This document shows, in pieces, positions 23,610-38,000 of a stretch of 64,000 bases of DNA (its first letter is position 1; each line of letters opens with the position of its first letter). The position numbers were made by a program, and so were the translations under genes. The stretch is taken from the NCBI RefSeq assembly GCF_001194135.2, contig NC_068999.1:47323571-47387570 (forward strand), written 5' to 3'. The notes under the pieces were generated by a model. The model was not told where the DNA came from. It saw nothing but the letters and a program-made list of their open reading frames with translations, and made no database searches. The stretch comes from Octopus bimaculoides. Taxonomy: Eukaryota.

Positions 23610-26600
23610 TTATTTATTTACATATACAAACAAACAAATATGTGCACATACTTAGTGGCTATATTGTCATAAATGTTGATTGTTGCTTCTGCCTGTCTGG
23701 AAAAAAAAAAATATGTATGGTTGAATATCCTGTTGTAGAAGTGCTGGCTCCAACATATATTCTCATATCTCACTTATAACATAGATTATATGAAAAAATG
23801 ATGGCACAAAAGGAAAAAGTGAATAGTTATATACACACACACACACAATGTATATATACACATAAGCCACTACTTTGTGTGTATATTTAAGTACACTTAT
23901 GTATTTTGAGTGTTGCTCGGAAAATTTTGAAGACTATCAATTTCGTAGCAATGATGCTTCAGTGTTTATAAAATATCCTCATAAATTAAGAATTTTTAAC
24001 CCTTTAACATTCAAATTACTATGTCAAATGTAATGCTTGTTTATTCACATTGTTTTGAATTAATCATGTCTTATTTTGATAGCTTTGAGACTTCAGTGAT
24101 GTGATTATTTTAAAAATGTCTATGTAGATAGGTGTGAGAGGTTGGACCTGACTAGTTTGAGCATGAAACTGAATATTTGGGCTGGATATGGCCAGTTTGA
24201 ATGCTAACGGGTTAAGTTACTTTAAATTCCATTCATATGATAGTCGAGGCAAAGATATCCACTGGATTAATTTATTGCAATATTTTAGTAAATGAATTAA
24301 AGAGTATGTAGTTTGTGTGCTGCATCTTTATACTGGATGACAGTTAATTAGAATATTTAGAAAAAATTAAAATCCAAATGTAATGTACTGTTGACAATGA
24401 AGCAAGGTGCAACTGTTATGTACTTACAATGCCAAATAAATTGATGTACAATTAGGAATATTTCTGGCTGAATTGAAAATATGAAAGAATAAACATTGTT
24501 CTCTTTCATTAAATTTAGAGCAATTTTTATTTATAAACAAAAACTGTTCATCCATGTGGAGTGACGATATTGTTGAGTAATCTAGTTTAACCAATTCTGA
24601 AGTATGCCTCTTATGTGTTTTAATAAAATTCTAAAATAATTAATGTGGTGTGAAAGAAGGAAAAGTTGTGAATCTAGTCGAGTTAATGGTTCCTCATGAA
24701 GATAGCATGTACGCCACTCAGGCTCGAAAGATTAACTGTTATGTAAACCTCCTCGAGGAATGTGAAGACACAGGCTGGAAAGTGGAGCATTTTCCAATCA
24801 GTCGGATGTAGAGGGTTTGTTCGACACAGTGTGAGATGACTGTTATCATTAGGCCTAACTCGTAAAGTAAGTAGCACCATGACTGATATCCAAACTACAG
24901 TGGAAATGGCTAGCCACTGGATTTGGTTAAAAAGAGACGAGTGATGGCTAGAAGAATATTGAGCTTTATTTGATAACCAGTTGATCTAGCAAGCAGGGCC
25001 TCGTATCAGTGAGGGGAGCCAGTATGTATTGATGCCGTTGAGAGATAGACCCCGAAACTGCATTCTCTCCTGATGACCCCATACACTTGCTGGCTTCTGG
25101 TATGTGGTGCTCTCGACAGGTAGCACTTGCATATGCAAGTTGTTTCCAGAACAAATATGTGAATTTAGATTTTAGAACTCAACAAAAAGTTGTTAAACCT
25201 GTTGCATAATTTTTGTCTCAAAACTATTCAAATTACAAATAAATTTGATAAAATATAAAATTATTCGAAATTATGTTTATATCACCAAAAAGAAAACATG
25301 AGTTTAGCCAGTATAAAGTTGGGTTACATGACAAATTGAAAACTAAATTTTAAAATGTATTTTATAAAATTAATAGGTACTTGAGAGTTTTTTCCACATT
25401 AAGATGCTGTTCATATAGGTATGAGAACACAGGTGATACAGTTCATTGCCTTTAACACAGCATATTGCTGGCATTAAATCTTTTCTTAGTTCCATTTTAC
25501 CACATTACCTCTGTCATTCATTTTGATTTTGTTTTGTTTCTGAGTTAACATTTTGTGTGTGTATTGTGTATTAACTCCAAATATTGACCAGAAACCTGTC
25601 TAACAAGTGTAAAAGGAATCTCTATCTGTTAGTGGAAGAACACAGTTGCTTTGGAAACAAAATTCAGGACAGTAGTCCAGCATGAAGGAGAAAATCTTCG
25701 AGTGATTACCTGTAATTTCAATTTGTCCTAGTTGATGATCTCTGACTATTATAAGAGATAAGGACATTATCAAGGATGCACTAAAGTCATTTGTATCCTT
25801 TAAATTTACATTCATCGCCAAAACAAGTTTGGGATACCCATGGAAGTGGGAATAATTTTTAGTTTCAATTATGAAGCACCAGATTAAAAAAAAAAAAGAA
25901 ATACTACTCAGTCTTTTAACTGTAAATATAGAAACTGAGAGTTTGTGAAAAGGATGCTCTAACAATCCTAACTTATTGTGGCAAGTTTTGGATATGTTTC
26001 AAAAATTGCCGTAATTTCCACTGTGTCACGGGTAAGTGTTGAGGCAGCTATTAGTTAAAAATATTTGTCAGAACAAATATTCAATATTGATCAAACTAGT
26101 TTATATTGGAAGCATGTATCTGAAAGTTCCTACATTTATCAAAAAGCATGCCAAATTTCAAGACAATATAGTTTGACCCTTCTAAGGGAAAAATGAGGTT
26201 TGGTCTAAAATGAAGCTCTTTCTTGTTCCTTCTTGTGAAAACTGACTTTTGTGCTTTTAAGAATACAAGTTGGTTATTACCTACTGCCACAAGAAGTATG
26301 GCTGTCTAAATAAGTCTGAAGACTGGTTCCTGAGTAGTTTTGTTTCCCATGTTAAGGAATATTGTAATAAGGAGAAAATCACATTGGCAATTTTATTGAT
26401 TTAAAATAATATTCTGTCATCTGCATCTCAGCTAAACCCTGATATAAAAGTAGTGTAGCTATTTCCAAACATGACACCACTTAAGCAGCTATGGGTCAAG
26501 GTATTATATACATTCGCAGAAGACAGGAAAATCATGTCAAAAAATGTGAGGCATCGTAAAGCAAGTATTTATCAAGTGAAGCCACATTGTAATGTGGTTC

Positions 26601-29600
26601 GCATTGAGATTCTCGTTCAAATATGAATACATCATTTTGGGCAGATTGGTATTATAAATCAATTTTAGAGCAGGCTGGTAATGAGAGGTTTAGTAAGAAA
26701 ATAGGTAATTGGCAAACTTCAACAAAATATCTGGGAGTCTGTTGGATAAACTTTGCTGGGTTTATATATATATATGTATATTTATATTTATAATGTTAAC
26801 ACTGCTCCTACACCTTAAATATCATCTCACTGCTTTCTGATGTATTCTCCTCCCTGAGCCTATCCTATATCCCTCACGTTACCCCTCTCCATACTGGTAT
26901 TTCCCATCAGCTGCACTCCCACCCCTGTTCATCACTCATTACACTCACCTCTACCCCTATCTCTAACTATCTGTTACTCTCCCCTCACATTCTTATGAAA
27001 CTACCCCCTTCCCTCCACCAATCCACTGTCTAGCTTCTTTTACACCCGCCTTCTTGTATCTTGAGATACTCTGGCATCCCCGTCACCACCTCTATCTTCT
27101 TTCCAACTACTGACACCCAGTTATATAATGCAGGGTAGCCTTGTATCTCTTCTATAACATGACACTTTGGTTTCGTTCTCTCTCTCTTTCTCTACTGTAC
27201 TTCAGTTTATCAACCTGGCATAGAACCATCTCCCCTCTCTCCCTCTCAAATACTACCCCCCCCCATTTAGTCAGGAGGGTTTCCCCTTGGTCTTATTGGT
27301 CTTGCAAGTTACTTAGCAACCTCACTAGTGTTGGTCACATGAAACCCAGTACCCTCAGTAAAGGGGTTGGCATTAGGAAAGGCATCCAGCAGTTGAAGCT
27401 GTGCCAAAGCTGATATTGGAACTTGATGATGCAGTCCTGTAGCTTGCCAGATCCTGTCAAACTGTCCAACACATGCCAGTATGAAAACGGATGTTAAATT
27501 AGGTTAAATTGTCCCTGAGGATAATTGAATAATTAGCCCTTTAGCATTTAGATTCTGTTAAATGGAATGCTTATTTATTCACATTGTTTTGAATTAAACC
27601 TGAAATATCTTGTAGCTTCAAGAGTTTGTTGATATGGTAGTTTATTTTGTGAATGAAATTCTAGGAGTAGGTGTGAGGGGCCTGGTTTGGCCTGTTTCAA
27701 CATAAAGCAAGTAGGAAATTTGTGCTGGATATGGTCAGTTTGAATACTAGAGTTTAAGATACTTCGGTGAACTGGATGAAGGCTTTGACGTACAAATAAT
27801 AAACATTGATGAAAAAGTATTACTTAGCTCTTTATTTTGAGCATCTTGCTATAAACTGCATGGCTATTTATTGTTGGTGATAAGATAATGTGGAATGTGT
27901 AGAGAACATAAACATTTATTTGGTGAGGCACCATGTCCCCAAGCGTATATACTGTCTCTTCATTTAAATCCTTTAGCATTCAGATTATTCTATCAAATGT
28001 AATATTTATTGACATTGTAATCCCATTATCTCATGGCTTCCTGGTTTTGATGTAATTGTTTTTTTAGTATGTCATTGTAGAGTAGGTGTGAGAGGCTACA
28101 GAGGAGAAAACTCATATGCCAACACGATGCACCTAAACATGCTAAAAGTTAATTTCTTTCTACTGAAGAGATCCAAATAGATAAAAATAATTACTGAGGG
28201 ACTTTCTAATTGAAATGAAAAAAGAAATGTAGAAAGATTATATGCTTTGGTATAATACTTTATTCCATTGGATCTAAATTTACCTCATTTTGACTCCTGT
28301 TAAGATGGGTCTCTCTTTTGCTGTAGAAAGGAACAAACAACCTGTGAAAGAAGTGCTTACATTTTCCAAAAAAATATTGGTATTGGTTGTGAGTATATAT
28401 GAATAAGAGACTTGCTTAGACATGCATGGTTTAAACACTCTGCTGGAGACAGCTTTATCTAAATTTCTACAACTGAAGCTGCAAAAGTTAGTTCTCCAGA
28501 AAGACAATAAAATTGAGCTCTTCTAATCTGCATGTAAATTTATGGTTTTTTTTCTACACAACTGATGAACTATGAACAAAAATTACTTCCTTTTAGTGAA
28601 ATGCTTTCTTTATATATCTCTTATCGCTCTCTTTCAAAATCTGTTTTCATTCTGGTGTGATAGTTGCATCTATATTGCGAATATTGATGACTTTATTGAG
28701 GTAACAAAAGAAAACAATCAAGTGAAGACAAATTTAAAATAGACTCCCATGAAGACGATTTTTTGCCTTACAATAGAAAGGAATGAACCACCAATGAAAG
28801 AGCTTACGTGCGTATGCACACACCTAGATACAGGCAAGACTGTGTCGTTAAGTTTGTTCCACAACCCTATGTCTTTCGATTCAGTTCCTCTGTGCTGCAC
28901 TTCAGGCAAGCATCTTCTATCATCCTAGCTTACAAATGTCTTGTGAAGGATTTTTTGTTGACAGAAACTAGATTAAACCTATTGTGTGTGTTTTACATTT
29001 GTCAACAAATTATCTACTGGTTTTCTGCTTTCAAAAATGTATTTAGTCAGAGATTTCTTTCTTGGCAAACAGATATGGGTTAATAATAACAGGCAGGACA
29101 TCTGGCTGTAAAACAATTCCTCAGAAATATATCTAACCCATGCTAGCATGGAAAAATGAATGTAAAAGCAAATGGAGAGAGAATGTGTTTTATATGTGTG
29201 TGTGCATATACTTAGAAGCATATATACTTATGTTGCTTTAGGTCAAGATGAATGAGAGAGAAGTGCTCAATATATGTTGTAGAGAATGTTACTTATTTTA
29301 TTGAAACTGAAAGTTTGTTTTGTGACTCAAGTTTCACACTGCTGATGCTCAGGTAAAACTTCAGATTGCAGTTGCAGTGTAAAACTTGAGTTGGTACGGT
29401 GATTGGCATTAGAACATCAGATAAAATGCTTAGTGTTATTCATTCCGATCCTCTGTACTGAGTTAGCTTCCATCTCTTTGGCATCAGTAAAGTACCGTTT
29501 GACAATGTTTCTTTTCTCTCACTCTCTGGCAGAAATCCGCTATGGTTAAGGATGCCCTCTGCCAAGTTTAGATAACCAAGATACTGTGTAACACAGTCAG

Positions 29601-32016
29601 TGCTATCTTAAAATAGGTGTTATAGCTGCTGTAACACGGGCTCAGGAAATGTATCCATTAAATTTATATCCATAGGGGTTGGTTGGGGTGTGCACTTTTC
29701 CTCGGGATGTTATCTGGATTTGGTAGTATGTATATAATATATAGATATATACAGAGGTAGAAAGTGGGAGTCAGCCTCAAGGTATCTTATACAAATGTCT
29801 TCAATAACCCCAGGTCAACCAATGCCTTATGTGTTAATCTGGTAAACAGGTACAATATGGAGGCCCATTAAAAGATGATGATGTCTGGTAAGTTGAATGT
29901 GTTAGCTCTCTAGTTGAGTTTACTATTATAAAATATAAAGTTTGATGACTTGGTTTAAATATGTAAGCAGTGTCTTGCCAGATGGTTCAAACATATTGAT
30001 AGCATACGTGGTAGTGTGCATATTTATTGGAATAGTAAGCTACTCATCTCTTTTCTGGTTGTTTTCTCTGATAATTTACTACAAGTATATTCTCTAAGTT
30101 GTCTTCAAGAACTTGTGAATACCCTTTTCAAGTTGCACTATGGGGAGGGGCCATTTCTTCAGAACATCACCAGGGTTTGGTAGCATTTATGATGCTGTGT
30201 GTATGTATTTGAAATATGATATACATTGTTGTATCGTATTTCAAATATATCTTCAGAACAACTCGGGAGGGGGAAGTTCTTGGTCAGGATTCATATGTTC
30301 TTTAATTTTGATAAGGGAAACCAAAAACAATGTTATCAGTGAAAGGAATGTGATGTATATAAATGTGACAGTTTTTGAATATTCCTTCACATTTTCTTCA
30401 GTTCTTCAAAATGGTTTATATTGTCATTTGAGATTTAATTTTTTTTTTTTTCTTTGTTATAGTACATTGCCCGAGAAAAGAGTTAAATTCTCTGAAGTCC
30501 GGTTACCTCCAAAGGAAATGCCCCCCAAGTTGGATTACAAAGTTGATGATAATGTTGAGGTAAGTTATAAACTAAATGTAAAGAAATAACATTGTTTGCT
30601 ATTAATCGTTTTTGATACCAACTTGTCTGAGACTGCACTGGATTCTAAGATATCCAGTTATCTCTGGAAACCTGCATATGACATACAGGTATCAGCATAC
30701 CAAGAAGAGATATTATCAACCAACTTGTGAAAGACACTGGATATCAGGTTAAGGATATGAAGACTGCTATGAAAGACCAGGACATCTTGCATGGAATAAT
30801 TACATTGGTCCAAGCAAGTTGGCCAGCTGTGTAGATATATAGATTCTTCTTTCATGGCAAAGCAACTAGTTTTATAGCATGACATGTGCACATTATCCAA
30901 TGTTAAATTTATAGTTCCTGTTACTGGGATATTGAAAACTTTTGGTGTCCAGGTGGGAATTTTTGCTAATTTTGTTGGTTTCTTGCAGAATTTTGAAGAA
31001 TTTATAAAATACCCGTATGCTGTATCCACCTGGAATATATTTCATGCTGTCAACACCCCCAAGCATAGGATCACATTTCTATGTTTGCAGTATTAATTTG
31101 AAAGCTGTTTATTGGCTTTGTGTGTTTTAACAGTTCTGTAAATGCATTCAGGGCTGAACTCACCTATTTTGACTGCAAAGGGTCATATCAGGATTGGACA
31201 TCAGCAGCAGTAATTGTTCAGTTCATTTTTGAGTGATAGTAGTATTAATTTTGGTGTTATTATATATCTCTAATAACACATACATGTTGCTTTTATTACT
31301 TTGAGATAACTTTATATTTTATTTCTTGTGGAGCTGATTTGAGATTTTTAAATACAGTTTGACTTGTGTTTCTGTCGAGGTCTTCACTGCCAACTTAAAC
31401 AGGCTTCACACTTATTTCCCAGTATATTTTTTGCTAAGATCTCAAGAGAATGATATAGTAAATGAAATTCAACTATTCTTATATTTTTGTTGTGTTTTTG
31501 TTTATAGTAGCAATTAGTATCAGGATTGATGGCTATTATTAGATCAGGGCTGAATTTATTTTGTGACACATTAAGAAATCTATCATGCATTGGTACCAAT
31601 ATATTATTATTATTATTATTATTATTCTTATATATGTAGTCTTTTTGGCTTCTATGTAATTTCTATGTATACCTAATGACATCAGTGTCATTAGGTATAC
31701 ACCTCTAAATATCTTTTAAAATATATCTATATAAGTACATTTATATGGAAATGTGTATGTAATGTATCTTTCTCCTTATGTGTGTGTGTAGAAATGTATC
31801 GGTTTGCGTGTGTTTTCATTGGTTTTTATGCCTGTTTTGCCATGGTTTCAACGTACATATTGGGACCTTGTTACACAGCCGGGTGCTCATCCTGTTGCTA
31901 ACCCTTACATGTTTTTCAGATATTGTTTTATATTCTACAAATCTTTAAAAGTGTATTAACAGGAAAATTCTTTAACTTTGACAGTTGTAGCTCTACACTT
32001 TTCAAGTGAAGTCCAG

Positions 32017-32068
<52 letters not shown>

Positions 32069-35000
32069 ATGTATAGAGTTTGCACTTATAACAAGGGATT
32101 GGTTGACCCAGAACTACATTAGAAGATATTTGTCTATGGTGATGTAATGTGCTGTGAAGCTGAACCTGAAACCACATAGTTGAGAAGTGAACCTCTTTAT
32201 CAAACACATGCATATACACATTCCTCTGTCTCCTGTATTTTTCCACTGTTTAAGAATTAAAAGCAGAACCTCTTCCTAAATACCATATTACCATTTCTGT
32301 ACTGCCAGATTCCACTCCTGTGAATGGAATTTGTTCCATTGAAATTCTTAAATAGTTAGACCCATATCACATGGTGTACTTTTGGTGAAAATTTAACGTA
32401 AGTCGGTAAAGTTCCTTTCACTAGATGAACAAGCCAACTTGAGTTCCCAGTCAACTTCACTATCGCAATGTGTATATCACCCTCATTTAATGTCTATTTT
32501 CCATGCTGGCATGGGTTAGATGATTTGACAGGAGCTGGCAAGCCAGAAGACTGCACCAAGCTCTTCTACCTGCTTTTGCAGGGTTTTTACAATTGAATGT
32601 CCTTCCTAACACCAACCACTTTACAAATAGACAGGGTGTTTTTTATGTAGCAGCAGCACCGGTGAGGTCTAATTTGGCATGGTTTCTATGGCTGGATGTC
32701 CTTCCTAACACCAACCACTTTACAGAGTGGATTGGGTGCTTTTTATGTGACACCAGCTGGAACAAAATCACCAAATAACTTACAAGCCCCCCCCCCCCCC
32801 CCCCCAACTGGAACATGGGGAGTAGTATTGAAGGAGGTGGCTTTGTACTAGGTGGTGAGAGGTCAGAGTATGGAGAGACGGAAATGGAGTGTCTTGCAGT
32901 AAAGGAAATATGTGGCTACCTCATAGGAGGTATTGTTGTGAGACAATGAATATTCTTGTGTCTATGTGGTGGTATGTTTTAGGGGTGTTTGTTTTGTACA
33001 TCCTAGCATAGATGTTCATTCACAAATTGTTTTTTGTGTGTGTGTGTGTGTGTGTGTGTATGCTATATGTATACACATACACACATTTGTTAGTGTATCC
33101 TTGTCTGCTGCCTGCTGACTTATGCATTCATGCTCACACTCTTGAAATTCTGTTTACCATTTCTTTGTACTTTCAGGCACTTAGTAGATCAGCGGCTGAT
33201 GACATGATAGGTTGGTGGCCGTCCAAAATAAAAATGTTGAAAGGTGATTTTGTTGTAGTTGAATATTCAGGTTTTGAGTCTTCAAACACAGACATTCTTC
33301 CTTTGGAAAGGATTCGGCCTTTAAATGAAAAGTGAGTAGAAAATTTTGTTAGTAAAAGATTATTTTCCTTCTGTAAGTTTCTCATATTGCAATTTTTTTT
33401 GGTCACTTTTAAATCGTGCACTATTTTATGAGTTATTTGCCAAAACTGGCCTCGCCTACTCTGGTGCTACATGTCGTCTACCTAGCCGGCTCCTATCACA
33501 CCATCCAACCCATGCCAGCATGGATGACAGACATTAAACAATGATGGTGATGATTTGAAGTAATTGATTATTTACACTTTAGCAATCAAATTTGTTAAAT
33601 GTGATGCTTATTCATATTCTTTTGAATCGATCTTGCCTTATCTTGCACCTTTGAGATTTTGATTGTTTATTTTTAAAAAGACATTAATAGGTTAGGTGTG
33701 AGGGGTAGGATCAAGCCAGTTTGAACATAAAACAGCTAGAATATTTGTGCTAGATATGGCTGGTTTCAGTGCTAAAGGGCTTAAATAAAAATTGTGGGTT
33801 TAAATCCAACCTCCCATGTAGAGAAGTGGCATTAATTGCCAGAAAGGTTACAATAACTGACTTGCAGTGGCCTTTAATTCCAAATAACCAGATATGTTAT
33901 GACATGGTTTGGAACTCTGATAACAAAACTCCTGCCAGAATAATTCTTGTTGATAGTTAACTGCATTCTGAGAAGAAAGGTAACCTTATGTAAAGATGCA
34001 GCACATTTCTTCATCTTAGTGGAGTTGAAAGTTATGAGCTTTGTTTGGGATTAGAAGAAAATGAATCAGGGTAGAAATAAGTGTCTAGGTTTATATGAAG
34101 AAAAAGAAGGTTGAATGGTTGCTATTGGCAATAGCAAAAAGAAATCAAGAAAGTTTATGGAGGTGCCTGAAATAAAAGTGAATTCTAGTGCAGGTTTGTT
34201 AGATGAGACAAAATGTCTTTCTCTGAATGTAAACTAGAGAGAGATGAAAGTTGTCTCTTTAATGATGTTGAAGCTTTCACTGAAATGCAGCGATGTTTTG
34301 TTGACGTCTAACTTGTGACAATAAGTCATTCTTAGACCCTACTAAATGTTTGGTGAGATTTAGTTGACTGCACTGAAAGCCTGCTATACTGTTTGGCCGG
34401 CTTGAAATGATGGCTTAGTGAAAATGTTGCAACTACTGATCAGTAAGGATTAATCTTTATTGTAGATTCAGAGCCAAAAAAAGTCATCTAACATAGCTTC
34501 CAATTTTATTTTTGTTTATCTATAAATTTTATTTTAAATCAAATAATTTTGTAATTGTCAAGCTGAATGTCCTGAAACAATTCTTTTTCTCTTTCCGTTT
34601 GTCTAGTCCCTGTATTTCAAAAGATAGTTTTCGGAAAGCGATTCTTGACGTGCCGTCTGATTTAAGAGAAGTGTAAGTTTTTTTTTCTTTTCTCACTTTT
34701 TGTGTGTGTGTGTGTGTCATTTTGTTAATAATTAATTTGTACATTCTATTTCTGTTTTTAAGTGTTCTCAATCAAAAATATTCCAATAAATCTCACAAAA
34801 TCTCTTGCATTCTTCTTCAGTTGCAGAGAAGAAAGTACATTAGCAGAGTTCAAGAAGCACTGTGGTGCAGCTGTTGTTATATATAATTCAGATGATAATG
34901 CATTAGTTGTTGTGGTTAGTATCTGTTTTTGTACTGTTTTTATTCCTTTTTGTTTTGCGTGTATCTATTAAAATCTATTTGTTCTTTTAATTTTAGTCCA

Positions 35001-38000
35001 CTAATTTCTCTGTGATAAAGAAAGCTTCATTGATGGGAGATATGTTTCTGAGGAACTTACGCCAGAAAGTTTTATTAAAACAAAGAACTGAGGAAGCTGT
35101 TAAAAAATTACAGGTAAGGAGATTTTGAAAATCATTACTCTTTACTCTTTTACTTGTTTCAGTCATTTGACTGCGGCCATGCCGGAGCACCACCTTTAGT
35201 CGAGCAAATCGACCCCGGGACTTATTCTTTGTAAGCCTAGTACTTATTCTATCGGTCACTTTTGCCGAACCGCTAAGTGACGGGGACATAAACACACCAG
35301 CATCAGTTGNNNNNNNNNNCGCACACATATATACAACGGGCTTCTTTCAGTTTCCGTCTGCCAAATCCACTCAAGGCTTTGGTCGGCCCGAGGCTATAGT
35401 AGAAGACACTTGCCCAAGATGCCACGCAGTGGGAATGAACTCGGAACCATGTTGTTGGTAAGCAAGCTACTTACCACACAGCCACTCCTGCGCCATTGTT
35501 TTAATTTTTTAAATCTTTTAATTATGATGTGGTTTGCTGTAAATGTTGCAGTTTGTTACTGAATCTGTTCCTATATTTATGCAATCTACTTCACATTTAC
35601 TTTTTCCAGTAAAGTTCTCTTTCGATTGAATTGCAATGTTCATATTCTTAATTTTCATCAAGGCATTTTATCTAGTTTTTTTTTCTGTTTTGAATCTTTT
35701 TTTTAGAGTGCTAAAATTCGGTCTGGTTACATGGAAGAATTTTCTGTTCGAGAAGATTTGATGGGCTTATCTATAGGTACTCATGGCAGTAACATTCAAC
35801 AAGCTAGAAAAGTACAAGGTATTACAGGAATTGATTTAGATGAAGAATCCTGCACATTTAAGGTTTATGGTGAGGTAAGAAATCTCTTTTATCTACAGTT
35901 ATTTTTTCATCTGGTAATATTTAGATGTTTTTAATGTCAAAACTATACTTATATAACTGTTAAGCATTTAGTTTTTCTGTGACCATCATTACTTTTACTG
36001 TCACACCCAGGTGCTTCTTAACCAGAATTAACACATCCATATATCCAATGAATACTAATAAAATATTTAATGAGAATTCCATTAAAGTAAGTTATTGCTG
36101 TGTAACATAGTTAGGCATTAGATGTTCTTTTCAGTTCACCTTTGCATGAAAGCTTAAGGAACCTGTGTTCCAAACATGTCCTTCCTATATCGTGAAAGTA
36201 ACAAAAAAATATTGTTTTCTTATTTCTTTACAAACCTAATCTAAGTTTTCAGTTATTTTAGAATTCAATTGAAACAGAGATGCATTTTAGTTATAAAAAG
36301 AAAAGGTTAAGTCAAGATTTTATTTTCTTAATCTTTCTATTTTAGACTGAAGATGCTGTCCGAGAAGCTAGAAATATGCTTGAATACGCTGAAGAAACTT
36401 TTCAAGTTCCACGCGATTTAGTTGGTAAGAATACCTATATTCTCTGATAAAGGACTTCTGTAGAACCTGAATGTTGTAAGATGAATGACTTTTCAAAGTT
36501 TGAGTATTTACACATTGTTGGAGCTGCAATTTAACATAAGAGGAGAGGAGAATGCCAAGACTAATTAAATTGCAATTTCTCTTGGTTGTGATGAGGTGTT
36601 TTTTTTTCTTTTTTTTTTAAGCTGCTAAAAATATATTTTAACAGCAGTTCAGTCAGCTATATTTTCTCCTGCATAAATTCCTATTTTTTCTAGTCAGAAC
36701 AAAATCATTATTAAAACAGATTAAATATCACGGATATACAGATATGTCAAGTGCAACCCCAATGAAGAGTATTTATTTTGTTAAACTCTCTCGTGCAACA
36801 AATCAGAGATCATTTCTGGAACGAGACTAGCAAACTGAATACTCTGTTAGCATTCACAACAGTTTTGCATATCAGTTAATAATATCTCTCTTTTTTTTAA
36901 TAAACATAACTTTATGGTTAACTTCGTTTTCAAAACCAATAAACAAATCAATCCCAAGCTGAAACCTATGCTGATAAATTTGTGAGATGTTTTATTGAAG
37001 TAAGTGAATTGCCAAATTGTTGGAACGAATGGTATTTAGAAACGGTCTCTTTTTGTTTTTTTTTCTTTTTTAATTATGGTATTATCTAAAGGGTATCATT
37101 TACTTAGGGGTTAAAACGGTTTTAGTAACTAAGAATGACTAAACTTGGCTCATGACTCTTACCTTCACTCAAACCCAGTTACAGAATTGTGATCTCTACT
37201 GCTCTTGGTCTTAGAACCAAGGATATATCTATGAAAATGTTTATCAATTCGACTTGCTCTCTGAGAGGCAGTGCTACTGATTTTCAGTATGTGAACCTAA
37301 GAAGATAATAACTCTGTTCTTGGTAACTGTTTAATTCTTCACAGCAGTCACCTCCTGTCTCATGGGAAAACCTGAATACAGCATTTTCTTGGCTCATTTC
37401 ACTCGGTTCATATTTATACCTAAGTGTTGTCGGTTAGGCACAGTGATACAGCTGATGACTAGATTGTAGGAATCACTGACAGGTTTTTCAGTTCATTATT
37501 GATTCCTCCTTATTTATTGGCCGTGTTTCAGAGTTTAATATTATGTTCACCAAGCCGGTTTTGAAACTTTATGGCTGCTATCTAAGTGATTTTTACTTTG
37601 TTACGGAGCTATGAATTTTCTCAACAGTTTGTCTTCTCTTAATCTTTTTCAATATGACAAAGAGGTGTGCTGAATAACTTTGTCTACACCAGTCTCGGGC
37701 AACCTGTGGCTCATGGGACTTTCTGAATGGTATACCCAATGGAAAATTACCTTTTGAATTTTTTAGTAATGTGTCCTGCCAAATGATGAGTCATGTCCTC
37801 TGTGGCTTGTTTCTTGAAGAAGACTGCCAATTTCTGGTTGACAAAAACATGTTTACGGCTGTCATTAATAGATGTCATCATGACATATGTACAGCTAATC
37901 AACAGTTGGGCTTTTTTTTCTTTATACATGGCAGAATTGGTTACGAGATAGATATTCCACTATATTTTCATTTCATTATTAACTGTAGTTAAGGCAGAAT

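Noticed and set aside
25000-25085. Hammerhead-like words (CCGAAAC, CTGATGA) in the HERO-like 3' UTR
   Set aside because: The order and flanks do not give a complementary stem II (CCCC on both sides); at best a decayed remnant.
37691-37840. Second hAT-like MITE (ccagtctcgggcaacc...)
   Set aside because: The right TIR and target duplication are too degenerate to support a call.
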